Below, piece after piece: positions 40,644-54,043 of a DNA stretch of 64,000 nt (the first letter of the stretch is position 1; the number at the start of each line of letters is the position of its first letter). The position numbers and the translations under genes are program-made. The stretch is from the NCBI GenBank assembly GCA_043228905.1, contig JBHGNT010000014.1, positions 10,292,001 through 10,356,000 of the forward strand. The letters are read 5' to 3'. The stretch comes from Azolla caroliniana. Taxonomy: Eukaryota; Plantae; Polypodiophyta. The notes under the pieces were generated by a model. It searched no databases and was not told the origin of the DNA. It saw nothing but the letters and a program-made list of their open reading frames with translations.

Positions 40644-41311
40644 AGGTTCAGGATCGGCAAGCCAGTACTTGTATTCCAGACCCGGATGGGTAAGATGTCG
40701 GGGAAGCTACGGTTTCGGTGGACCAGACCATATTGGATTAGACGGGAGTTCAATGGTTCGTACCAGATAGGAACACTCGCCAGCGAAGTTATGGGTGAAT
40801 GGGTGAATGGGTTTCGACTCAAACCATACTATGGACCCATGCCAAAGAACCCGTTTGAGCAGACAAAGGCTGACACCGCACCGGACACCGGTAAGCACGA
40901 CGAGATGATAACCGGTCAGGCAATCGGCAAGCACAATCCGGAGACGAGACCGTTTGGGCCGGATACATATTAACAAACCCAACTATGTGATGGTGAGGAG
41001 CGAACGGCCACATGCAATGAAAAGAAGGGGTGAATGGGCACTTTGAAAAGCCAAGTAGTGGGGTATTTATAGCGCATTAAAACGCCGCCACATGGCACTT
41101 CATTGCCATTATAGTACACGACGTTCGCATGCGCAAGAATCGAGAAAGGCGCGAACATGCAGAAAGAAAACCTACACCGCATGGAGGCCTTCTCATTTCG
41201 TGAACAAAGAATCGCACATGCACACAGTCTATTGAAGATAATCAGATGCGAGCACCCATAGCCCCCTAATGCACCTACCTCACCAGCAACCACCGACTCA
41301 AAAGGAGAAAT
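40644..41311 (+). mobile_element. Gypsy integrase C-terminus and spacer; the element continues at 60449
   Basis: FRIGKPVLVFQTRMGKMSGKLRFRWTRPY..WVNGFRLKPY. TSD GAAAT links 41307-41311 to 60449-60453. Confidence 0.8.
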
Positions 41312-44300
41312 TGACGCGAAATATGCGGAATAATCTCCGGCCACAACCGAAGCGTAGATCACTTGATGACAATCAAACACAGAAGAAATGGGGATGGAGG
41401 TAAGAACAAACAGATAGAGAATAAACAGGATGTTAACGTGGAAAACCCTGAGAGGGAAAAACCATGGGAGTCCACAGACTCCAAATTATCACTATGTCAA
41501 GGAGTACAATAGGGAGCACAGAGGCAACGACCTCATGCTCACAATCTTCGCCTGGCGGTGGTTAAAACAGAGACATGCTTTGTATCGCTCTCTCTCTCAG
41601 TACAATCGTTACACCAATTACGCTATACAAAGATAATAACATCAACTATCATAATCATACACACTGTTTGCCCTAGGTCACATTTATACTAATATGACAT
41701 TAGGACTATTTACAGATATAGCCCCAATGGGCTCTCAGAAACATATCTACATATATTTCCCTTCATCCGGTGAGAGGTTCTCATTGAGCCTGCAACATCC
41801 GGTTCTCACTGGGTCTTCCTTGTCGGGTACTCGTCATCCAGTTCTCACCGGATCTGCATCATCCGGTTCTCACCGGGTCTTTCGATGTCGGGCCTTCGTA
41901 TCCCATCCAGAGGGACCGAGATCCTAACAAACTCCCCCTTCACTCCGGCATGGGATGCCTTCTCAATCCGATCCGCTTCCGACATGCGTCTAGCTTGTCG
42001 GGCGTCAACACCTTGGTCAGCATATCCGACCCGTTCTCCTCCATGTGGATCTTCGTCAGCATGAACTCTCGGTCTTCTACTCGCTCCCGAATCTAGTGGT
42101 ACCTCCGTTGGATGTGCTTCGTCCTGGAATGATATGCTGCGTTCTTTGCAAGGTGGATTGCACTTTGACTGTCGCAATAGAGCCGGTATTCCTCTTGCCG
42201 GATCCCTAGCTCTTCGATGAAGTCCTTCATTCATAGTATTTCCTTGCTGGCTTCCACAGCCGCCATGTACTCTGCTTCCGTGCTTGACAACGCACCGTCT
42301 TCTGTAGCCTCGATTGCCACGAAACAGCCTCCCCCGCATATGTCATGACATATCCGGATGTTGACCAATTGGCATCCGCATCAGCCGACATATCCGAATT
42401 GGTGAAACCGTCAAGTTGGGGTTTACCGAAGCCGAATCGGAGACACATACTTGAGGTGCCTTTCAAGTATCGGAGTATCCATTTTACCGCGTTCCAGTGC
42501 TCCTTGCCGGGATTGCTCATAAACCGGCTCACCACCCCGACTGCATATCTGATATTCGGTCGGGTACACACCATTGCGTACATTAGGCTCCTGACGGTAG
42601 AGGCATATGGTATCTTCATCATATTTGCCTTCTCTGCCTTCATCTTCGGGCTTTGCTTACTGGATAACCTGCAGTTTGCCGGAAGTGTCGATCCGACCGG
42701 TTTCGCATCTCACATGTTGAACTACTGAATCACCTTTGTCACGTACTTCTCTTGTGACAGCCACAATTGCTTCGTTGGCCGGTCCCGGATGATATGCATC
42801 CCCAGCATTTGTCTTGCCGGACCCAAGTCTTTCATTTAGAAGGTCCGGTTTAGGGCCTTCTTTAGCATCCGTATCTTGACTTGGTCTCGTCCGACGATCA
42901 ACATGTCGTCCACGTACAAGAGGAGTATCAGGAAGTCTCCACCTTCGAACTTCTTCACAAATACACAGTGATCGGCCTGCGTCTTGTGGTACCCTTGATC
43001 GGTCATGAAGGAGTCGAACTTCTGGTACCGTTGCCGGGGAGCCTGCTTCAACCCGTAGAGGCTCTTTTTTAACCGGCAAACTAGTTGCTCCTTCCCTTTC
43101 TACACAAATCCCTCTTGTTGCTGCATGTAGATCTCCTCTTCGAGGTCGCCGTGGAGGAACGTCGTCTTCACGTCTAACTGCTCTACCTCGAGGTCCCTGC
43201 TTGTCGTTATGCTTAGCACCTTCCGGATGGAAGTAATCTTTACTACCGGGGCAAATATCTCGTCGAAGTCCACACCCTTCTTCTATTGCAACCCCTTCAC
43301 CACGATCCTGGCTTTGTACCTTGGAGGGTTGGCGGCATCTCCCAGTTTGAACTTGTACACCCACTTGTTTCGGAGTGCCCTCTTTCCTTTCGGCAACTCC
43401 ACCAATTCATACGTGTGGTTCTCATGCAGGGAATCCATCTCGTCCTACATGGCACTCAACCACTTGCGGCTATGGGTGTCATCTTTCGCTTCTTCGAAGC
43501 TTTCCGGCTCCCCCTCATCGGTCAGCAGCACATGCTCTGCATCTGGAAATCTCCGGGGGGGCCTTCTCTCTCTGAGAGGATATCTCTGTCTTTGGCTTTC
43601 GGCAACCGGCTCCTCTATTTGTTCTTCATCCGAATCCGATTCGGGGTCTTGGCCAGTTCCGGTTTCAGCTTGCTCTACTTCTTCTGTCGGTTCGGTATCC
43701 TCACCGTAACCGGCTGGTTCCTTGAGTGTCAACCGGCTCTTAGCCGGGTGGGTCCGAATCTCATCGGAGTTCATTATCTTCTTCTCTGACTCCTAGTCGG
43801 CAAGAGTCTTGTCCTCCATGAAGATAATATCTCGGCTCCGGAAAACCTTCTTGTCAACCGGATCCCACACTCTGTAGCCGAACTCATCATCGCCGTATCC
43901 GAGGAGTATGCATGGCCGGGTCTTTGGATCCAACTTTCCTCTACGGTCCTTAGCAACATGCACGTACGCGAGACACCCGAACACCTTCAAATGCCGGTAG
44001 GACACTTCCTTACCGGTCCACACCTTTTGCAATGTGTCTCCATCCAAGGGCACTAAGGGTGATCTGTTTATCACATACGTCGTTGTTGACAGTGCCTCAG
44101 CCCAAAACGTCTTGGGTAGTTTAGCATGTGCTAGCATACTCCGGACCCTCTCCATTATGGTCTGGTTCATCCTCTCGGCTAGCCTGTTTAGTTCCGGCGT
44201 CTTCGGCACCGTAAATTCGAGCCAGATTCCCTTTAAGCGGCAGTACTCCTCGAACTGCCCCCGGTATTCCCCTCCGTTATCTGCTTGAACCGCCTTCAGC

Positions 44301-47300
44301 TTCCGTCTGGTTTCTCTTTCCACTCTTGCGTGGAGCTCCTTGAAGACGGATAACACCTGATCCTTCGTCTTCAACAGTGTGGCCCACATCCTCTTGTTGT
44401 GGTCATCTATGAACGTCACGAAGTACTGCACTCCGGCATGGGACTTCGTGTCCACTTGACACACATTGGTATGCACCAACTCCAATGGTGCATTACGTCT
44501 CATCGTGGCTTTGATTGGAAGGAGGTCCGGTTTTGCTTACCGGCTAGGCAGTCGGTGCACCTCTCAAGATGCACGTTCTTCACTGGAATGAGGTTGTCAT
44601 CGGCAAGCCTGTTCATTCCCTTCACACTCATGTGACACAGTCTCAACAGTGTGGCCCACAGCCTCTTGTTGTGGTCATCTATGAACGTCACGAAGTACGG
44701 CGCTCCGGCATGGGACTTCGTGTCCACTTGACACACATCGGTATGCACCAACTCCAATGGTGCATTACGTCTCATCGGTGGCTTTGATTGGAAGGAGGTC
44801 CGGTTTTGCTTACCGGCTAGGCAGTCGGTGCACCTCTCCAAATGCACGTTCTTCACTGGAATGAGGTTGTCATCGGCAAGCCTGTTCATTCCCTTCACAC
44901 TCATGTGACACAGTCTCAACAGTGTGGCCCACAACCTCTTGTTGTGGTCATCTATGAACGTCACGAAGTACTGCGCTGTCACGTTACTACGCGCGTGCGT
45001 GGAGAAACGAGGCGGGACCACCGGGGTCTTGAACCGAAGAGCAGGTGATAGAAGGGGAAAGAGAAAGAGAGAGACGCTCGGTTACGTATGAGCAAAGAAA
45101 CACAGGGACACGGCCCGTCAACGCGGAAGACACGAATGGACACAGAGACAGAGAGACACGAATGTTTGTATATTAACGAATGACAAATAAACAACAGAGC
45201 ACGCGAGCAGTTACAACCGAATAGGCCGGCGAACAGATGCCGATGCCTGCTCGTCTGCGCACGAAAGGGGATAGGATGGAGGTGCTTCCAGAAGCACACG
45301 GGCGTTCCTCGAAGCAGCGCGAGCCTCCCGAAAACCTGCAGAGAAGGGCGATGGAGAACAAACAGAGGAGAAGCGTTCGGTTCTCGTTCCGACAGCACTT
45401 CGTCCTCCTCAATGCCACCCCCCCTATATCCCCGCGTCTCCCTCTCTTTTATAGCTTCAAGAAGGGAGCCGTTTCCCTCATTAACTTTCTACCTACTGAA
45501 TCTAACTTCCTAGGATCTACCTTTGTACCTAATTCTCTGTTATATACATTAAAGGGCGCGCATGCGTGAAGAGCCGGTTCACGCGCGCTATGCACCGATT
45601 GCGCCAAGGGACGGTTTTCTTCACGACATCCGCCCCCACCTAACCGCGCATCCACCGGTATGCGCCAAAATTGGGTTCTGGTTGGAGAAAACCGGTCCGG
45701 GTTCCGGTTCCTCGTCCATCGGTTCGTCCTCTGTTTCGGACTGTTCGTCGTCACTGTCCAGGCCTCTTAGATTCGGTTCACCGTCGTGGCGCTTCTTGAA
45801 CGCTTTGATCCGCTTCCCTACTACCGGTATGGCCATCCTCGTACCGTCGAGTTCCGCCAGGTGATACGTCCCGTTGTCGTTGGCGCTCGTTACCACATAA
45901 GGCCCGAACCACCGCTTTGCAAACTTCCGTGTTGCCCAGTGTTGGTTGTCGAGGCTGCTGTCGTAGACTAGCACCGAGTCGCCTTCCTCGATTTTCTTTG
46001 GTCGGAGCCGGTGCGTTCGGTCGAACCGGGCTTTGTTCCTCATCCTTGCTGTCCGAAGTCTCTCCGCCACTCGTTCCACGTCCTCTGGCCTCCACTGGAG
46101 TTGTCGTATACGCGCCACTAGCAGTTCTTCCCGGCTCATCTCGTCTCTCCAGTCCACTGTCGCCCAAGAGGAGATCGTCCGCTCCATCGGCATGATCGGC
46201 TTCTGTCCGAACATGAGCTCTGATGGCATGAACCCGGTTACCGAACTGTACGTTGTCCGGTTCGCCCACAAGGCATAAGGTAACAGTCGTGGCCAGTTCC
46301 CGACCTGGCCTCCGCACGCCCGGACTAGCGCTTTGACGATCGGTCCATGTCCGCGCTCCACCTTCCCGTTCGCCTCCGGATTGCACGCTGTGGTGAGCGA
46401 GAGCTTGACCCCTAACTGGTCAAACAACTCCTCGGCCTCTTCGGCATCCAACTCCCCGCGGTCAGCCACGATCTTCCCGACGCACCCGTACTGGAATATC
46501 ACGTCCTCGATCAGGAACCGACACACGGCCGTAGTCATTTTGTTCCACCTAGTTCGTCAGGTCCTCCCGGACCAGCACCAGATATCGCATCTGCCCTACG
46601 CCCATCGGCATCGTCACCAAATCTACCATCCATTTGAAGTGGATGGCCGGAGGGTATGTAGGGTGAAGCTCGTCCCGATGTCGGACTATGGAGTGGATCT
46701 GACAACTCTCACAAGTTGTCACGAACCGATGCACATCCCGGTACTGTCCCGGCCACCAGTACTTCCCCTTTAGTTTCTTGAACGTGGCCCATGTCCCACG
46801 GTGTCCAGCCCAGGGGCTATCGTGGTAGGCCTTCAGCAACTCCTCCTGTTCCTCCTCCATCACCACTACTCGGAGCGGGATGCCGTTTCTCTTCTTCGGG
46901 TGCTTCCACAAGTATCCGTCCCGGAGAAAGAATCGGTACGCTTTCTTCCGGATCCGGTTGGCCTCGTCCTTTGTCCATGACGCGTCTGGCGTCATCGTCC
47001 TTAAGAATCCCCCAATTTGCAGCCACTCCCCATCGTACTTGCTCTCGTTGAAATCGTTAAGCGCCGGAGTGCTCCCCCCCTCAGTTGTTACGTAAGCCGC
47101 CTCAAAGAAGTCCACGCCGACTTCCTCGTCCTCCGAAACCATGCCGCCCTCGTCGTCGAATCGCGCCCTCGAAAGCATGTCGGCCATGGCATTGTCTTTC
47201 CCGGAAATGTGTCATATTTCCGAATCCAGGAACTTGATGTACGCTATCCACCTGAGCATTGCCAGGTCCGGGGTTGTGCATCCGGAGACCATGCCGAGAA

Positions 47301-48141
47301 TCGGCAGGCAGTCCGTCTCGATAATCACCTCTGTCCCGATCAGATAGTCTTTATCGGCCTTCACCGCCGAAACGATACCCCAGAGTTCGTGTTTAACCTG
47401 GGCATATCCTCATTGTCGCTCGCTGAGGACCTTCGCGCCGAACCGGTTTTCCTCGCGGATGCGTGGAATGAGGCGGGACCTCAAGGGTCCTGTACCGAAG
47501 AGCAAGAGAGAAAGGACAAGAGACCCACTACGTGTGAGCGTAGATTCGAAGGGACACGGCCCTTCGACACAAAGACGCGAGTGGGACAGCGACACAGAGA
47601 GACACGAATGTATGTATGTATTAACAAAGACAACAACAAGAACACGGAAGCAACAAAAACACGAAGTTGGTTACAACCGAACAGGCCGGCGAACAGATGC
47701 CGATGCTTGTTCGTAAACGCACAGAAAGACAGGAGCAGGTTGGAGGTGCTGCCGGAAGCACTCGGGCATTCCTCAGAGCAGCGCGAGCCTCCCGAAACCT
47801 GCACAGAAGGAAGCTATGGAGTTTGCGAACCAGAGAGAGAGAGAGAAGCCTTCGCACGCAAACCGACAGCACTTCGTCCTCGACTCTCCGCGATCCCCTC
47901 CCCCTTCTCGTCTCCCTCCTTTTTATAGGCAAGGAAGTAGCCGTTTCCCCTTTACTTCCTACCCACTAAATCTACCTGCCTAGGATCTTCTATGGACAAC
48001 ATTCGAGAAGAGCCGGTTCCTACGCTCCTGTGCACCGATTCCGCTTGTGGACGGTTTTCTTCACGACATCCGCCCACACCTAACCGCGCATCCACCGGCA
48101 TGCGCCAAATTGAGTCGGGACGGAGAAAACCGGTCCAGCCT

Positions 48142-51100
48142 TCATTCCCTGCCCGTCGGTTCTTCCTCGGTTTCGGATTGTTCGTCGTCGCGGTCCAGGC
48201 CAACCGGATCCGGCTCATCGTCGTGACGCTTCTTGAACGCTTTGATCCGCTTCCCTGCTACCGGTATCGCCATTCTCGTACCGTCGAGTTCCGCCAGATG
48301 GTACGTCCCGTTGTCGTTGGCGCTTTGTACCACGTAAGGCCCGAACCACCTTCTTGCGAACTTCCGTGTCGCTCGGTGCTGGTTGTCAAGGTTGCTGTCG
48401 TAGACTAGCACCCAGTCGCCTTCCTCGATCTTCTTCGGTCGGAGCCGGTGCGTTCGGTCGAACCGGGCTTTGTTCCTCATCCTTGCTTCCCGAAGCTTTT
48501 CCGCAGCCTGCTCCACGTCCTCCGGTCTTCGCTCGAGCTGTCGTATACACGCCACCAGCAGTTCCTCCCGGCTCATCTCGTCTCTCCAGTCCACGGTTGC
48601 CCACGAGGAGATCGTACGTTCCATCGGCATGACCGGCTTCTGCCCAAACATGAGTTCTGCCGGCATGAATCCGGTTACCAAACTGTGCGTAGTTCGGTCC
48701 GCTCACAACGTGTAAGGCAGCAGCCGCGGCCAGTTCCCGACTTGACCTCCGCATGCCTGAACTAACGCCTTGATGATCGGTCCGTGTCCGCGCTCCACCT
48801 TCCCATTCGCCTCCGGATTATACGCAGTGGTAAGCGAGAGCTTGACTCCTAGCCGGTCGAACAGCTCCTCGGCCTCTTCGGCGTCCAACTCCCTGCGATC
48901 AGCCACGATCTTCCCGACGCACCCGTACCGGCATATAACGTCCTCAATGAGGAACCGACATACGGCCGAGGTCTTTTTGTTCTGAAGGGCCCGGCCTTCT
49001 ACCTGGTTTGTCAGATCTTCCCGAGCCAGGACCAGATACCGCATCTGTCCTACTCCCATCGGCATCGTCACCAGGTCTACCATCCATTTGAAGTGGATGG
49101 TCGGAGGGTACGTAGGGTGAAGCTCGTCTCGATGTCGGACTATAGAGTGCATCTGACAGCTCTCGCAAGTCGTCACGAACCGATGCACATCCCGGTACAG
49201 TCCCAGCCACCAGTACTTCCCCTTTATCTTCTCGAACATGGCCCACGTTCCACGGTGTCCAGCCCAAGGGCTATCATGGTAGGCCGTCAGCAGCTCCTCC
49301 TGTTCTTCCTTCATTGCCACCACCCGGAGCGGGACGCCGTTCCTCTTCTTCGGGTGCTTCCATAAGTATCCGTCCCGGAGAAAGAATCGGTAAGCTTTCT
49401 TCCGGATCCGGTTGGCCTCGTCCTTCGTCCATGATGCATCCGGCGTCATTGTCCTCAAAAATCCCCCGATCTGGAGCCACTCGCCATCGTACTTGCTCTC
49501 GTCGAAGTCGTTAAGTGCCGGAGTGCTTGTCCCATCGGTTGTTACGTACGCCGCCTCGAAGAAGTCCACGCCGACTTCTTCGTCCTCCGAAACCATGCCG
49601 CCCTCGTCATCAAACCTCGCCCTCGAAAGCATGTCGGCCATGGCGTTGTCCTTTCCGGAAATGTGCCGTATTTCCGGGTCCAGGGACTTGATGTACGCTA
49701 TCCACCGGAGCATCGCCAGGTCCGGTGTCGCGCATCCGGAAACCATGCCGAGAATCGGCAGGCAATCCGTCTCGATAAGCACTTCTGTCCCGATCAAGTA
49801 GTCTTTGTCAGCCTTTACTGCCGAAACGATACCCCAGAGTTCGCGTTTAACCTGGTCGTACCCTCGTTGTCGTTCACTGAGAACCTTCGCGCCGAATCGG
49901 ATCGGGAATCGAATGCCGTTCTTGTCCTCTTGGTTGACGACCCATCCGATCCCGGTCGGACTCGTATCCACTGTTATGTATACCGGGGTACCCTTCCCGT
50001 AGACAGCCTTCCGGAGCGCCGGTGCTGCCGCAAGAGCTTCCTTCAGCTTCCGGACCGACTTCGTGTGCTCGTCTCGCCACTCGAATTTTCGCCCTTTCTT
50101 CAGCAACCCGTATAGTGGCTCCGCAACGTGGGCGTAATGCGGGATCCATATGTGGTAGAACGCGCATGCCCCCAGGAACCTCCGAACTTCCGTAACCGAG
50201 CTACAATCGGTCTTCATCGCGGAGATGGCTTCTACCTTTGCCGGAGACGGCTTCCGGCCATAAGGTCCACATAGGTGTCCGACCACCAGGATTTCCGATT
50301 GCCCGAAGGCCGATTTCTCCCCGGAGAAGGTGAGCCTCGCATCCTCTAGCCTCTATAGCACCTTCTCGCAGTCGTCGATGTGTGTCGCCACGAATCGCCG
50401 GCATCCGTCCGGCCCGACTGTCTCGTCCTTCTCCTCCACCGGGCACCCCTTGATCGGGATGTCGTCTAGAAACGGCATGGTGATGTCCAGGATGCAATCC
50501 CTCAGTACCTTGTTCATTGCATTCACCATGTGGGCTACCAAGTTGGTCCCTCCTTGTGGCAGGGTACACATTCGCACTAGGCCGAGGGGGGTTCGCATCG
50601 TCGTAATGTCTCTGCTCTCCACGGCTAGCTGGAACTGGTCGTACCCCGAGTACAGATCACCGACCGAGTAAATCGACCTTCCGGCGAAGGCCTCTGCGAA
50701 CTCGTCTATGGTTGGTCCGATTCCTGCGTTCCGAATGGTCACTCTGTTGACCGGCTGCAGGTCCTGAATGAAGCGCAATGTTCCGTTTTTCTTTGGTACG
50801 GTAAACCATCGGTTCGAGTATGGGGCACTCGATGGTTCGAGAATGCCCATATCGACTTTTTGCCTCAATAGCTCCATCAACTTCGGGACGTGGGCTCTCG
50901 GTACTGGAATCGGCTTGAGATTCCATGGCACATGTGGTACCGTGAATATCACCATCGGCTCCACAATCGTTGGGTCTACGCACCCGATCTCTTCCGGCGA
51001 AAACGCGAAGGCTTTCCCGTGCCTTCCGAGCATTCTCCGAAACCGGTCTTCCTCCGCCGGCAGTAGGAACCCGCCCCCACCGATCTTGAGCTCCCGGAGC

Positions 51101-51640
51101 GTCCCGTCGGTGAAGGTGTGTCCTATGCAGGCCGGATCTCGTAAACTGGGGTCCGACGCAACCCCTCTGATTCGGGACTCGCTGCCCTTCGGTAAGGGTG
51201 CCGCGACGGGCCTTACCTTCCGGTCCACAGTCTTGTACTTCGTGCTAACTCGGGCCGTCCGATCCGACCCGAGCCCCCGACTGAAGTTCACGATGACTTT
51301 GTACATCTTTTCGGAACATAACGGAATCGTCCGGTCTTCATTAAGGTCTTCTCCGGCTACCTCCCCCAGCATTCCCAAGGTGTCGTCGAAGGAGACCGCC
51401 TCCACGGCTCCGATGATTTCCTCGTCCGGGCCGAGAACTCCGCACACTCGAAGTCGCACTTCCGCCCTTGTCTTGTCTCGGCCGACGATGCCGACTATCA
51501 TGCACCCTCCGTTGTTGGAGAAGCAGAATTTCCTAATTATCGTACAGGGTTCCTTTGGTTTCGGTTCTATCATACAGTCGTGGGGTCTTTCCCGAGTGTC
51601 CGGGCTGTCTCGGCCCCACGTCTTGGCAGCCCTCTCTAAA
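48142..51640 (-). pseudogene. Gypsy B ORF2: RT-RNase H-integrase, with one stop (50353) and one frameshift (~48710)
   Basis: RT DLYSGYDQ, LPQGGTN and PFLDD; RNase H ITVDTS and ETDC; integrase HHCC, VDLV, ADR and EANGKVER. Confidence 0.9.
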
Positions 51641-51645
51641 AATCC
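51579..51645 (-). promoter_or_regulatory. Putative -1 ribosomal frameshift signal: G GAU UUU plus H-type pseudoknot
   Basis: Heptamer 51639-51645 directly precedes the ORF1 UAG. After a 6-nt spacer, GGGCUG pairs with CAGCCC and loop CGUGGGG pairs with CCCCACG. Same layout at 55149-55213 in copy A. Confidence 0.75.
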
Positions 51646-53393
51646 TCCCGGTTCTCGCCACCGAGGGATTCGCGGTTTCTCTCGTGGTTCGGCCGCACCG
51701 TTAGAAATTGAACCGAATGGCGCCCGTCCTGGCTTTTGACCCTCGCGTAGGCCGAACCGTTGTCCAGCACCTTGGTCTCCATTCGCGCCGCCGTGATGTA
51801 TGGTTCCCCTAATATGACCGGGTGCGAGGACGTCTCCTGTACGAAGAAGTGTTGGTCAATCTCGATGTCGTCGATCTTGACTCGCACGTTCGGGCAGGAC
51901 CCGTGCAGTTCCTCAGTGGCGCGCGTCGCCGCCCGTATCTTCCACCCGTGCTTGGTGTTGATCGGCCACTTTCCCTTCTTATAGAAGTCCATTGACATCA
52001 GGTTTATTTCCGAACCATGGTCCACCAATGCCACCACCGGTTCCTGAACATCTCCGATCTTCACCGGGGTCTCCGTGGTTGCTCGGGCCCAGTGCGGCCT
52101 TGAATAGTGGCTCTCCGCCCACTCATCTTCCAACGCCATGTCGTCGATGTGCGTCGTCCGCACCTCCACCAGTCTTTCCGGTTCCGTCTCCGTCGACAGC
52201 CTCTTCCATTTCACCAGGTCTACAATGGAGTCGTGGAACTCCTTCTTGGCGATCCCTAACACCTCTCGCAATGACAGCTCCACTTTGCTGTCGAGGATCC
52301 GTTCTTCTAGGACCTTTCGTAGGTCCATAGTCCTTTCTATCTCCATCCCCAGTCGGTATCCGCCCTTCCTGGGGTTATCTTGCGAGCTGGACCCGCCGGC
52401 ATCGTTCCGTCGTTGCCCGAATCGGGTCTCGTACCGTTGTGAGGGCCCGGCCGCTCCGGCTTTCCCCACTCGTTTGTCTTCTACCAGAGCCTCGTAGTTC
52501 CGGCAGGCGGCCTCTACGAAGCCCGTCTTCTCCTCGACCGGATCGCTCCACCCGGTTATTTCCCGGACCCGTCTCTCAGCGCGGTCCGTTTCATCTTTCC
52601 TTAGCCGTGCGCCGGCAAGACCTTCCAGCATTGCCGACCAGAATCCGTCTTTGCCCTCTGTTCGGGCCTCGCTGCCCCCGACCCGAATTCCGGCCGACGC
52701 CGAGTAGTGGATGGCATCTACGTGTCGGGCCGCTGCCTCTTCCATCAGTCTCTTCATACCTCCTCGCCCGTCGTTTCGGTTCAGGGCCGTCTTGGTGTCG
52801 CCGGCGTGCACCTGGCCTTCCCACAAGTACACCACTCGATTCCTCAACGCCTCTGCGAAATCGCCGCAGTCCTTCCGAATGTGGCCGACCTCGTCGCACC
52901 ACATGCACCTGTTCCCCGCTGTCGGCCGTCGGTCACGAGCCGGTTCGCCGCCTTCCCTTCGAGTCTGGGCGATCTGGAGATCCTTTATCGCCCGCGTCAA
53001 CTCCACCCATTCCATGAAGTCCCGTTTCGAAAGCTGGAGCGCATCGTCCAGCCCGTATTTTTCTAGGAGTCGGCCTTCGAATTCCTCCCAGGTACGGCTC
53101 TCCGCCCGCACCTCGAGCACCTCCGCATGGATGCTCGGCATCACCACTCGAGGAAACCTGGCAAGACGCCTCTCTTCCGGAATGTCCCGCATCAGCATTT
53201 CTGCCCCGTAGGACGCCAAATACTTCGTTGCATCCTTTCCGCTGAACCGGCCGATCGTACCGACGACTGCCTCAATGGCTCTGTCGAGGGCGCCGGTGCC
53301 CTCGCGTGCACTCAATATCCGATCCACGGCCGAAGCCATGGCCTCTGCAAGATCCGACCCCTTCATCTTCTGCTCTTCTGCCGCCTCCTTCAC
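51636..53393 (-). CDS. Gypsy B ORF1: Gag plus aspartic protease
   Basis: CCHC knuckle CMWCDEVGHIRKDC and protease ALVDHGSEINLM..PVILGEPY lie in one 585-codon frame. Confidence 0.88.
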   Translation of the reverse strand: MKEAAEEQKMKGSDLAEAMASAVDRILSAREGTGALDRAIEAVVGTIGRFSGKDATKYLASYGAEMLMRDIPEERRLARFPRVVMPSIHAEVLEVRAESRTWEEFEGRLLEKYGLDDALQLSKRDFMEWVELTRAIKDLQIAQTRREGGEPARDRRPTAGNRCMWCDEVGHIRKDCGDFAEALRNRVVYLWEGQVHAGDTKTALNRNDGRGGMKRLMEEAAARHVDAIHYSASAGIRVGGSEARTEGKDGFWSAMLEGLAGARLRKDETDRAERRVREITGWSDPVEEKTGFVEAACRNYEALVEDKRVGKAGAAGPSQRYETRFGQRRNDAGGSSSQDNPRKGGYRLGMEIERTMDLRKVLEERILDSKVELSLREVLGIAKKEFHDSIVDLVKWKRLSTETEPERLVEVRTTHIDDMALEDEWAESHYSRPHWARATTETPVKIGDVQEPVVALVDHGSEINLMSMDFYKKGKWPINTKHGWKIRAATRATEELHGSCPNVRVKIDDIEIDQHFFVQETSSHPVILGEPYITAARMETKVLDNGSAYARVKSQDGRHSVQFLTVRPNHERNRESLGGENREDF

Positions 53394-54043
53394 GTCGGGT
53401 TCACCAAGATGTCGAGGTTTTCCTCGCGGATGTGTGGAATGAGGCGGGACCTCAAGGGTCCTGTACCGAAGAGCAAGAGAGAAAGGACAAGAGACCCACC
53501 ACGTGCGAGCGTAGATTCACAGGGACACGGCCCTTCGACATAAAGACGCGAGTGGGACAGCGACACAAAGAGACACGAATGTATGTATGTATGTATTAAC
53601 AAAGACAACAACAAGAACACGGAAGCAACAAAAACACGAAGTTGGTTACAACCGAACAGGCCGGTGAACAGATGCCGATGCCTGTTCGTAAACGCACAGA
53701 AAGACAGGAGCAGGTTGGAGGTGCTGCCGGAAGCACTCGGGCATTCCTCAGAGCAGCGCGAGCCTCCCGAAACCTGCACAGAAGGAAGCTATGGAGTTTG
53801 CGAACCAGAGAGAGAGAGAGAAGCCTTCGCACGCAAACCGACAGCACTTCGTCCTCGACTCTCCGCGATCCCCTCCCCCTTCTCGTCTCCCTCCTTTTTA
53901 TAGGCAAGGAAGGAGCCGTTTCCCCTTTACTTCCTACCCACTAAATCTACCTGCCTAGGATCTTCTATGGACAACATTCGAGAAGAGCTAGTTCCTACAC
54001 TCCTGTGCACCGATTCCGCTTGTGGACGGTTTTCTTCACGACA

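Larger units (their letters stand above)
47445..54043 (-). mobile_element. Gypsy element B, young and nearly complete: LTRs 47445-48068 (end clipped) and 53410-54043
   Basis: Nearly identical LTRs, tRNA-Trp PBS 53389-53406, PPT at 48069. Domain order gag-PR-RT-RH-IN. Confidence 0.94.

Noticed and set aside
50768-51739. 323-aa plus-strand ORF and similar overlapping ORFs at 45-57 kb
   Set aside because: Antisense shadows of GC-rich gag/pol with no independent motifs.
53389-53406. tRNA-Trp gene
   Set aside because: Only an 18-nt 3'-end match next to an LTR, so it is a primer-binding site.
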